This document shows positions 55,405 through 64,000 of a DNA stretch of 64,000 bases, piece after piece. The stretch's first letter is position 1. Each line of letters begins with the position of its first letter. A model generated the notes under the pieces. That model did not search any database. It saw nothing but the letters and a program-made list of their open reading frames with translations, and was not told where the DNA came from. The stretch lies in assembly GCA_963760795.1 (NCBI GenBank), contig CAVXEP010000012.1, positions 96,001-160,000 of the forward strand. Reading direction: 5' to 3'. The stretch is from an uncultured delta proteobacterium (GTDB lineage: Bacteria > Desulfobacterota > Binatia > UBA9968). The translations under genes were made by a program, and so were the position numbers.

Positions 55405-55464
55405 GAGGCCAGCGGTCACGAACCCAGAGCCCAGCGTTTTGCCTTAGCGGCAAAACCCGGGCTC
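55405..55464 (+). promoter_or_regulatory. Second copy of the repeat+hairpin leader, upstream of dpsL
   Basis: GAGGCCA-GCGGTCAC-GAACCCA-GAGCCC (23/28 identical to the 45046 copy) plus GTTTTGCC/GGCAAAAC stem. Confidence 0.75.
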
Positions 55465-55554
55465 TCGGATTTGCTTACGATGAGATGCCAGCGCAAAAGA
55501 ATAATGATATGGTGTTTGTCCATCCGTAAACAAATCAATCAGGAGGAGAATATT

Positions 55555-56055
55555 ATGGGCACTAAAGGAAGAGAAATTGTCGGCATGGACGTAGAACAAC
55601 TGTTGAAGACACTCAACATGGCTTTCGCCGACGAGTGGTTGGCTTATTATCAATACTGGCTCGGCGCCAAAGTCGTGAAGGGGCCGATGAAAGAAGCGGT
55701 GATCGCCGAACTTTTGCAACATGCGGCGGACGAGCTTCGTCATGCCGGCCTGATCGCGGGCAGGATTATTCAGCTCGGCGGCACGCCGGTGGCCGAGCCG
55801 AAAAAATGGTACGACGTGACCAGTTGCGGTTACGACGCGCCCGATGACCCGTTCGTCGAGACTATCCTGAACCAAAACATCAAGGGCGAGCGCTGCGCCA
55901 TCGACTTTTACAAGAAGCTGTTAGAGGCGACGCAGGGCAAAGATCCGGTCACTTACAATATCGTATTGCAGATTCTCCAGGACGAAGTGGCGCACGAGGA
56001 AGACCTCCAATCGCTCGCTGAGGACCTGGACTTCATGTTGAAGAAATCACAATAG
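55555..56055 (+). CDS. Ferritin-like DPSL (Dps-like) protein
   Basis: ADEWLAYYQYW, ELRHA...RIIQLGG.P, two Cys (SC.Y, ERCAI), E..HEED; AGGAGG SD. Confidence 0.88.
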   Translation: MGTKGREIVGMDVEQLLKTLNMAFADEWLAYYQYWLGAKVVKGPMKEAVIAELLQHAADELRHAGLIAGRIIQLGGTPVAEPKKWYDVTSCGYDAPDDPFVETILNQNIKGERCAIDFYKKLLEATQGKDPVTYNIVLQILQDEVAHEEDLQSLAEDLDFMLKKSQ

Positions 56056-56225
56056 CTATTACGCACCGCCGTGCGCGCAGCCTCACTTACGACTTTCGCA
56101 GCGATGGTCCCGCTTACGGCGAAGGCATTGCTATGGTGTCGGGTCTGCCGACAGTACAAGCAGCCTGAAATCTTACGGCTCGGACGAATGGGAGACGGGC
56201 GGCCATTGTATCAGATCCTGAGATC

Positions 56226-56998
56226 TCACATCTTGAACAGGGCTCGGACGTTGCGGGTCGTCACGTCGCCAACGATTTCCAAAGGAGTCGACTTGATCCT
56301 GGCGATCGTCTCCGCTACCAGGCAGACATAGGCCGGCTCATTGCGCTTTGCCGCGGTGGGGAACCGGAGTGAGATAGGGTGAATCGGTTTCGACGGAGCA
56401 TTCTCTCCAGCGGCACTTTGCGCACCACTTCGCGCAGCGGCTCGGCATTTTTAAAAGTAATGATGCCGGTGAAGGAAAGATAAAACCCCAGGTCAAGATA
56501 AGCACAGGCAGCTTGGTAATTACCTGTGAAGCAATGAATCACGCCGCGCAACTCTCCGCCGCCTTCGCTGCGCAGTAATTCGACGGCCTCCTGCGCCGCG
56601 TCGCGCTCATGGACGACGATCGGCAGTTTCGTCTGGCGCGCCATCTGGATGAATTGGCCGAATACGCGCCGTTGCACGTCGTGGGGCGAATGGCTGTAAT
56701 AGTAATCCAAGCCGGTTTCGCCGATGGCGACGACTTTGGGATCTTCGGCGAGTTGTTTTAGAACTGCCAACTCATCGGCGCCGACGTCCTTGGCGTCGTG
56801 GGGATGCATGCCGACAGTGGCGTAGACGTTGGCAAATGAATTAGCCAGCCGCACCGCTTCAGTGTTGCTCGACATATCGCCGGCGCCGCCCACCGCGACA
56901 ATCATCTCGACCCCGGCCGCGTGCGCCCGGGCGATCACGGCTTCCGTCTCGCCGGCGTATTCCTTGCCCTGGATATGGGCGTGGCTGTCGATCAGCAT
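56226..56998 (-). CDS. tatD: TatD family hydrolase (3' frameshifts)
   Basis: IDSHAH, GMHPHD, IGETGLDY, HCFTG, ETDSPYL. Confidence 0.93.
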
Positions 56999-57012
56999 GG
57001 TTTGCGAAGCTG

Positions 57013-58548
57013 CTATTTCTTCTTGGCGTCGGTTTCGATGCGCGGAAACAAGACTTTCGGCGCGTTGATCCGATGTCCGGCCACGAAGCCCTCGCCCCAA
57101 GGTTTGGTCAAAGCAGCGGGCTCAAGCGCCAACAAGGCGCGCAACTCACCCACCGTGTCCGGCAAGAATGGCGCCAACAGCCGCGCCAGAGTACGCACCA
57201 CTTCGAGCAACTGATGCAGCACCGCACCGACGCGCGCTTGCTTGTCGGCATCCTTGATCATCGTGAACGGGGCCATCTGGACGATATAGCGGTTGACGTG
57301 GTCGAGAGCGGCCATGACCGACTCCAAGGCGCGATGGAACTGCAAGTCGTTCATGTAGCCATCGATGTCTTTCTCGGTTTGAGCGAACTTATCGCGCAGC
57401 TCGCGGTCTTCCACCGGCCAATCGGCGCCCAGCGGCTGGACGATACCGGCGAAATATTTTTGTTGCATGGCCAGCGCCCGGCTGACGAAGTTGCCGAGAT
57501 TGTTGGCGAGATCGGTATTATACCGGCTAACCAAACTCTCATGACGGAAGTCGGGATCCTGGCCGAAGACGCTTTCACGCAGCAAGAAATAGCGCAACGC
57601 ATCCATGCCGATCTCGGCTTTCACTTCCAGTGGTGCCACGGTATTGCCCAAGCTCTTCGACATTTTCTGGCCTTCGACGGTCCAAAAACCATGTACGTTC
57701 AGATGCTTGTACAGCGGCAACCCGGCCGCCATCAGCATGGTTGGCCAAAACACGCCGTGGGGTTTGACGATGTCCTTGCCGATAAAATGCTGCGCCGCCG
57801 GCCAGAATTTTTGAAAAGTTTCCTCGCCCTTGAACTTGAGCGCGCTCACATAGTTAAGCAAGGCGTCGAACCAGACGTAGGTAACGTAACGCTCGTCGAA
57901 GGGAATGCCGATCCCCCAACTGAGCCGGCTCTTGGGCCGGGAGATGCACAGGTCGCCGATCGGTTCGCGCAGCATGCCGAGCACTTCGTTGCGATAGCCT
58001 TCGGGGCGGATGAAATCCGGATGACTTTCGATATGCTCGCGCAGCCGGTCCTGATACTTTCCCATGCGGAAAAAATAATTTTCTTCCTCGATGAGCTTCA
58101 GTTCGATGAGATGGTCCGGACATTTGCCGTCGCGCAGCTCCTTTTCGGTGTAAAAGCGCTCGCAACCGACGCAATATAAGCCGCCGTACTTGCCGAAATA
58201 AATATCGCCGGCATCATAGACCCGCTGCAAGACCTCTTGCACAAAGCGCACATGATGCGCGTCGGTGGTACGAATGAAGTGGTCGTAGGTAATGCCGCAA
58301 TCGTCCCAGATACGGCGAAACGCCGCGCTGACGCGGTCGGTAAACTCTTTTTCCGGGAGCTTGGCCTCGGCCGCGACCTGGGCGATCTTGTCGCCATGCT
58401 CGTCGGTGCCGGTAAGATAAAACGTCTCGTCGCCTTTGGCCCGGTAGTAGCGCGCCAAAGTGTCCGTGATGACCATTGTGTACGTGCTGCCCAAGTGGGG
58501 TTCGGCATTCACGTAGAACAATGGCGTAGTGAGATAAACCGCACTCAT
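57013..58548 (-). CDS. metG: Methionine-tRNA ligase
   Basis: YVNAEPHLG, TGTDEHG, YVWFDAL.NY, KMSKS. Confidence 0.97.
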   Translation of the reverse strand: MSAVYLTTPLFYVNAEPHLGSTYTMVITDTLARYYRAKGDETFYLTGTDEHGDKIAQVAAEAKLPEKEFTDRVSAAFRRIWDDCGITYDHFIRTTDAHHVRFVQEVLQRVYDAGDIYFGKYGGLYCVGCERFYTEKELRDGKCPDHLIELKLIEEENYFFRMGKYQDRLREHIESHPDFIRPEGYRNEVLGMLREPIGDLCISRPKSRLSWGIGIPFDERYVTYVWFDALLNYVSALKFKGEETFQKFWPAAQHFIGKDIVKPHGVFWPTMLMAAGLPLYKHLNVHGFWTVEGQKMSKSLGNTVAPLEVKAEIGMDALRYFLLRESVFGQDPDFRHESLVSRYNTDLANNLGNFVSRALAMQQKYFAGIVQPLGADWPVEDRELRDKFAQTEKDIDGYMNDLQFHRALESVMAALDHVNRYIVQMAPFTMIKDADKQARVGAVLHQLLEVVRTLARLLAPFLPDTVGELRALLALEPAALTKPWGEGFVAGHRINAPKVLFPRIETDAKKK

Positions 58549-59536
58549 GACTGTCCCTTCACGACTCCAAACAAGTATTTCTCCAAAACCATGCGGCGAT
58601 TGAGATTGCGTTGGATCGCCGCCGCGGCCCGGCTGCTGGCGGACACAGCCGCGATTCGCTGCTCGCTCTGCGCCGGCGTAGCTTGCTGTTCGATTTGCCC
58701 GAGCATGTCTAAGTTGACCAGCTGGCTGCCATCGCCGGTAACGCCATAAACCAGCAGATCGCGATACCAGCTTTGTGCCCAGGAAAGAAACTTGAGCGCG
58801 TCGTCGCGGTTACCGGCCAACGCTTCGGCAGCCACGACGGCAGACTGATAATCGCCCGCCTTGAGCGCGCCGACCATGCCTGCCCAAACCCGCCGCTTCT
58901 CGACAAACGCTTCTTTGTCGAGACCCATGGCGGCGCCGATGCTGCCCATACTCATGGCGGCGACAAACTCAACATCGTCGCCGGTCATCCTCTGCTTCGT
59001 GCGCAAATACTGAGCGACCTCGCTACGCGCCAGCGGCGCAAAGGAAATCCGCAGACAACGCGAACGCACCGTCGGTAATAGCCCGCCGGCGCTCGCGGCG
59101 ATCAGAATAATCAGCGAGTCTTGCGGCGGTTCTTCGAGGGTCTTTAAGCAGCGCGTTCTGCGATGCCAGGTTCATCAACGTCGCCGGATCGACGATGACG
59201 ATTTTACGCTTACCCGTGAACGATCGATAATTGAGCTCGCGCTCGAACTCGCGCACCTGCTGGATCGAAATCTCCTTTTTGCCGGCCAGCGGCTCGATGA
59301 CGCGCACATCGGGATGATTGCCATCGGCGATTCTCGTACAATTGACACACTCGCCGCAAAAATCGCCGACGCCGGCGCCGCAATGCACCGCTTGCGCCAG
59401 GGCGGTTGCGAGCATGCGCTTGCCGATCCCCTCAGGCCCAACAAACAGATAGGCATGGTGCAACCGTCCGCTGGTCAAGGCCAGGCGCAGGGTCTCCAGT
59501 TGTCGACCGATGGCCGATGATTTCGTTAAAGCCCAT
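58545..59536 (-). CDS. holB: DNA polymerase III delta' subunit (frameshifts)
   Basis: HHAYLF.GPEGIGK, CGEC..C, HPDV, NALLK.LEEP, TVRSRC. Confidence 0.93.
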
Positions 59537-60178
59537 TATTCCAGCGCCTCGTCGATGATTTTGCGAATTGCCAACGAAACCTCGGCCGCTGGCTGTGCCG
59601 CGTCAATCACGCGAAATCGTCCTGGCTCTTGCCGCGCCAGGTCAAGAAACCCGGCGCGGACCTTTTCATGGAACTCCATTTTCTCGCGCTCGAAGCGATC
59701 TTCCTTCGGTGTGTCGACTTGGGACTGCGCCTGGCGGCTCGCGGTGCGGTTCAAGCCAACTTCAATCGGACAATCGAGCAGCAAAGTGAGATCCGGACGC
59801 GTACCGTCGTCAGCGACGCTATTGAACTGGCGCAGCAAGCTTAGGTCCAAACCGCGTCCGTAGCCCTGATAAGCCAGAGTCGAGTCGGTGAAACGGTCGC
59901 ACAGCACGATCTTGCCGGCGGCCACCGCCGGGCAAATTACTTCGCTGACATGCTGCGCCCGGTCCGCCAAGTAAAGAAACAGCTCACTCGAAGGCGCAAT
60001 CGGTTGCCCCGCCGGCTTCCAAGAGCACTCGGCGGAGCATCGCTCCAAGTTCAGTCCCGCCCGGCTCCCGGGTAACCAAACAGGCTTTGCCGTGGGAACT
60101 CAAGTAGCTCTCCAGGGCTTTGATCTGGGTAGTTTTACCGCTGCCGTCGCCGCCTTCGAAGGTGACAAAACGAACCAT
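59536..60178 (-). CDS. tmk: Thymidylate kinase (frameshift near 60020)
   Basis: FEGGDGSGKTTQ, TREPGG, CDRFTDSTLAYQGYGR. Confidence 0.95.
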
Positions 60179-60266
60179 GGACTAGGAGAATGAAGAAAAC
60201 CCAGACAAGATGCAAATCGCGCTCTTGGCTGGGCCGGGAACCGGGGTAAATAACCTGAACTGCGAA

Positions 60267-60656
60267 TTAACTAGCGGCTTTGCCTTCGCCGAGCAGCAAA
60301 TTGATGCCGTTGACCAGCTGTGTGCTGGTGAAGGGTTTGGTGATGTAATAGTCCGCCCCCAACTTGTAGCCACCGAGCACATCTTCGTACTGCACCTTGG
60401 CGGTTAGGAGAATTACGGGAATCGTCGAGGTTTCAGTCTTGCCCTTGAGCCGGGTGAGCACTTCGAGACCGTCCATTTCCGGCATCATGATGTCGAGAAT
60501 GATCAGATCGGCCTTTTGAGTCGGTAGCAGGTTGAGCAACTCGGGGCCGCTGGAGGCACTAAAGACGGTAAAACCCCTGCCCTCCAAAATGGTTTTGACG
60601 ATCGTTATGATATCGGGGTTATCGTCAACCACCATTATGGTCTTTTTGGTATCCAT
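60267..60656 (-). CDS. Single-domain response regulator
   Basis: VVDD, LDIMMPEMDG, LTA, ITKPF. Confidence 0.93.
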   Translation of the reverse strand: MDTKKTIMVVDDNPDIITIVKTILEGRGFTVFSASSGPELLNLLPTQKADLIILDIMMPEMDGLEVLTRLKGKTETSTIPVILLTAKVQYEDVLGGYKLGADYYITKPFTSTQLVNGINLLLGEGKAAS

Positions 60657-60847
60657 GCGCTCTCCCTCTTACACCGCTACCGTAAACTCAGACTTGGTAT
60701 TTTACATGATCAGGCTGGGAATTGTCAGAAAAACTTCTAGCTCCCTGAAAGCTCGTTCCATGGGCCAGTCAATTGCTCCCAAACCATTGTAGAATCGTTA
60801 TTTAGCATCTTGCAGCGGGTAATGTAAATTAAACCTTCGGGGCTTTT

Positions 60848-62008
60848 TCACGGGCTCTCCGAGCGCCAATAATCCTGCTTAATCGAAACCGGCAAGCTGG
60901 CGTGGAGCGCAGCAAACTCGCTGCTAGGAATCAAGCCACTAACGCGGTTTTGCGCCAAGCGACTATAAGACGCCCGGAAACTCCCCTGAATGTCCAGAGC
61001 TAAAGCTCCAAGGCCCGGGGTGCCTGTCTCATTGATCATAACCGATCCAAAAATATTCGTCGTGCTCGACGCTCCAGCCTTCAGACTAACCTCGCTGCCG
61101 GTAACGAGAATCAAGCCTTCCCAGCGCATCGCCGCGCTCAATATCAAATCGGCATTTCTGACGATGAGAATACCGGCGCCTGCGGAATCGCCAGCTAGCA
61201 TCACGGCATCCCCGGCGCCAGAAATTCCTTCGATACAGCGCAGTTGCGGCGTCATTGGCGTTCCCCAAATCTGGTTTGCCAGAGTCAGCGCACCCGTAAC
61301 CGGTATCGACAGCGTTACTGCTCCCGGAGCGGCACAAAGACTGTCGGCCAGTTGACTGAGTGCGGCAGAGCTAAGATGACTACTCGGCGCAGCGGCCGGC
61401 CCGCCCGCAGCGCTTTGCCAGCTACCAGCCGGTAAACTCGCCGTCTGCGCGCCGACCAGATCGCTCAGCGACTGGGAATCGGTTGAAACTGCCAGATGAC
61501 CCGTCGCAGCGCCATTCGGCTGGCCGGTCGCCGGATCATGATCGATGCCGGAAATGGCGATGCCCGAGCCGGCCAAATGAACCGCCTGAATATTGCCGCG
61601 CAGCCCGAGCGCGCCATCGGCAAGGTCATAGATCTTGCTCAATCGGGCTTGCAACATGTGAGAATCACGGCCGAGAATCCCTAAAGATCGCACGACAAAC
61701 TGCGCCGACAGCGGTCCAAGGCTGAGCGCCGATACGAAGGATACTGAGAACCTGCCATTGTTGAAATTTACCGACCGGTCCGCTGGCGCCTGCGAGAGTC
61801 CTGGGGATGACAATAGTTCACTCTTGCCCCATTCGATGCCGGATGCGGCGAGATAAAAAGTCTGTGAGCCAGCGCGCAGATTGGCCGACGTGCGGTGATC
61901 GTTTTGCAGCATTACACGTGCGGCGACGCCGGCGATCGCGAGCGCCGAGAGAATCACCAACGTGCCAGCCAGGACAATACCGCGCTGGTTTTGTATCAAA
62001 TCGCCCAA
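60848..62008 (-). CDS. PilX-like pilus assembly protein (start approximate)
   Basis: NQRGIVL + hydrophobic helix, FYLAASGIEW, GILIV, WEGLILV.G. Confidence 0.75.
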   Translation of the reverse strand: MGDLIQNQRGIVLAGTLVILSALAIAGVAARVMLQNDHRTSANLRAGSQTFYLAASGIEWGKSELLSSPGLSQAPADRSVNFNNGRFSVSFVSALSLGPLSAQFVVRSLGILGRDSHMLQARLSKIYDLADGALGLRGNIQAVHLAGSGIAISGIDHDPATGQPNGAATGHLAVSTDSQSLSDLVGAQTASLPAGSWQSAAGGPAAAPSSHLSSAALSQLADSLCAAPGAVTLSIPVTGALTLANQIWGTPMTPQLRCIEGISGAGDAVMLAGDSAGAGILIVRNADLILSAAMRWEGLILVTGSEVSLKAGASSTTNIFGSVMINETGTPGLGALALDIQGSFRASYSRLAQNRVSGLIPSSEFAALHASLPVSIKQDYWRSESP

Positions 62009-62025
62009 CCTTTCACTGAGACCGT

Positions 62026-62673
62026 CTAATTGCGAAACTCGACGCTGCTCGACAATTGCGAAGTCAGCGTACCGCCGACTCGCGGGTCCGGGTTCGTCAC
62101 CCGAAGCGCGAAGGCAATGCGCACACGGCGAATCGCCGTGCGGTCCGGTGTCGCACCGAGCTGATTGCCGGCGCCATCGTAATAAGTGAACAACGCCCCG
62201 GGATCCGTCACGGCATTGGCCACCAGGCAGTCGCCGTTGCGCCGAATGATCTTCGGACCGGAACAACTGGAAGTCGGACCGGTTAGTTCGTAGCGGAGGT
62301 TTTCTCGCGGTTCAAGATCCGTACAGTTGCCGTTGCCGTTAAGATCCATTTGCACGTGGATGATGGTGGCCGTCGCCCGGTAGACGCGGTTGCACACAGA
62401 GTCGGCATCGCCGTCGGGATCGTCCGCGCCGGCGCTTTCCGCCGGAGCGCTGCCGGTGCCCCAGGAACCGGCGTTTTTCAAGTCGCGAATCATGATGTCC
62501 AACGCTCCGCGGGCATCCTCCATCGTCGTAATCCTGGTCTCAAGCGCGCGCAAATGAAAAGCCTCCGAGCGGAAATAGCCAAATAATCCGGTCATCATCA
62601 CACCGCCCAATCCTAAGGCGATCAATTGTTCGATCAACGTCACGCCGCGTTGGTTACGCATTGGCGCCATCAC
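62026..62673 (-). CDS. PilW-like minor pilin
   Basis: NQRG/VTLIE prepilin cleavage motif; LDIMIRDLKNAG. Confidence 0.85.
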   Translation of the reverse strand: MMAPMRNQRGVTLIEQLIALGLGGVMMTGLFGYFRSEAFHLRALETRITTMEDARGALDIMIRDLKNAGSWGTGSAPAESAGADDPDGDADSVCNRVYRATATIIHVQMDLNGNGNCTDLEPRENLRYELTGPTSSCSGPKIIRRNGDCLVANAVTDPGALFTYYDGAGNQLGATPDRTAIRRVRIAFALRVTNPDPRVGGTLTSQLSSSVEFRN

Positions 62674-63100
62674 GATCCCGCGAACAGCAACGCCGAGAGC
62701 GTCACTTCACCAGATTGGAAATCGCGCCATGTCACCGTGACATCGAGTTGCTTGAGATCGGCTCCTAGCAATGAAGGCTGAACGCGCCAGCAACGATCGA
62801 AACGCCCTCCCGTGCCGCCGCTGGCGGACAGCCCAAGATCCCCAGCGCCGGGACAGCGATTTTCATCGGCGGGATTGCGTCGGGCTTGTAGCTCTTCAAG
62901 TTTATCCTGGGCCAGTTGCAATGCGATAGTCGCGTTGCCGTTGACCGTCTGTTGGCGAAACATCGACGCGCTGTTCAACGAATAACTCATCACGGCGACC
63001 ATACAGAGGGACATGGCCGCTAACAGTTCGTTGAAGGTGAAGCCACGCTGGTCGCGTGTCGAACGCCAAAGCAAAGGGGCCAACTCAGCAATCCTCCGCG
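62670..63100 (-). CDS. PilV-like minor pilin (start approximate)
   Basis: QRG/FTFNE motif; A.QLAQDKLEEL; V.V.W. Confidence 0.8.
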
Positions 63101-63534
63101 CAACTATTTGGCGTGCATGAGCGCACCCGACCGGTGGCGCTGACGACGATTTGCCGGCACGCGCCTTGCCCATCATCGAGTAAACGCAAGCGGTTCGCCG
63201 CCGCCGTGCCGCGCGGCGAGAAGGTCACCGTTCCCGCTTTGGCGATCGTCGTGCCCTCAGCCAACGGCTTGGTAACCATGGCTATGCTATCGCGCTGAAT
63301 CGTGTAGTTCCTCGCACCGGCGGCGTAGACCAACTGAAAACTGACGTTTTCCGCTGCCGCGCGCGACTTGAGGTTGTGCAGCTCGGATTGAACCTGACGA
63401 GCCGAGTTGTTGAGATGGTAGCTCTTTAGGAAGCGGTTCCAGTTGGGCAGCGCAATCGCTGCCATCGCCCCGGTCAAAGCCACTACCACCACCAACTCGA
63501 TTGTCGAGAAGCCGTAAACATCGATGACACGCAT
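63085..63534 (-). CDS. FimT/GspH-like minor pilin
   Basis: G/FSTIEL motif; VTFSPRG; VSATGRVR. Confidence 0.85.
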   Translation of the reverse strand: MRVIDVYGFSTIELVVVVALTGAMAAIALPNWNRFLKSYHLNNSARQVQSELHNLKSRAAAENVSFQLVYAAGARNYTIQRDSIAMVTKPLAEGTTIAKAGTVTFSPRGTAAANRLRLLDDGQGACRQIVVSATGRVRSCTPNSCAEDC

Positions 63535-64000
63535 GGTCCCTCCAAAAGCTGGCGGACCATATGGGTCTCAGATCAATCTGTCAAGACCCCGCCAAATCGC
63601 ATCCAGCAAGACCCTGGTTTCATGAGTTGTTTGGTTTCGCCTTAGCTGCGGCGCAAACTTGCACCCATTTGAAATCAACGGCGTCGCACGCTGTGTTCCC
63701 TAGTAGTGCCAGCGGGATTGCTGGAAGCTCTAATCGGCAAGGCCGCCATCGGCGATATCGAATGGAACCGAGGTGGGCGTCAATTTAAAGGGATCTACTG
63801 GACCGTGCCGATGAAGTACGAGTTGCAAGTGCCAGGCTCGGTCGTACCGATGACTATTCTAGGGAACGCGAATCGCATCGATCAGCGAGTTATGGCGGTC
63901 GTTTGTTCTAACAATTATGCATCGGTCGGTCTTAGATGCAGCTCGCCATCTTTCGAATTCGTATGCGCCTCGTGTGCCGGCGGACGACAATCAACCCCAT

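Noticed and set aside
57073-58179. Long antisense ORFs (also 7893-8801, 12303-13232, 20025-20837)
   Set aside because: Shadow frames of GC-rich real genes with no recognisable motifs
60848-62266. Extended N-termini of the pilX, pilV, dpsL, glnK, STAS and tatD ORFs
   Set aside because: They overlap upstream genes or leaders; family motifs and SD sites indicate downstream starts

Overview
A GC-rich, gene-dense chromosomal window from a diderm bacterium. The many Bug/TctC and NMT1-type solute-binding proteins suggest a Binatota/deltaproteobacterial-like genome, but this is inference. Single-base indels are pervasive, including in glnA, tmk and holB, so most broken ORFs look like long-read errors rather than pseudogenes. 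The window has five blocks. (1) 1-5.6 kb: S8/Calx-beta protease, two Bug proteins, a PA3611-like protein and an ArnT-like glycosyltransferase. (2) 5.8-27.4 kb: a minus-strand nitrogen island with a porin, nitrate reductase, nrtABCD, a NirA-Rieske fusion, SBPs, an ANTAR regulator, GATase, glnA, amtB and glnK. It has four clear sigma54 promoters with NtrC-like boxes, and two ANTAR hairpin/terminator leaders controlling uncharacterised genes. (3) 27.8-30.7 kb: a mosaic of type III R-M and DUF433/PIN toxin-antitoxin fragments. (4) 30.7-56 kb: a glutaminase/cNMP module, a nitrilase and a USP, then a large iron island (DtxR-family regulator, Fe3+ ABC, FTR1-cytochrome c, ExbBD-TonB, HemP, TBDR, PiuC/PiuB, SIP, Bfr, DpsL). 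(5) 56-64 kb: tatD-metG-holB-tmk, a receiver protein and minor pilins. The best candidate for an undescribed system is RNA-level control of iron genes. A Mu Com-like zinc-ribbon microprotein sits beside a conserved leader of tandem GAG/GAA-N-CC units overlapping a terminator, found twice (before the TonB operon and before dpsL) with a compensatory stem change. This is layered with DtxR-like operators and a HemP repeat/anti-SD switch.
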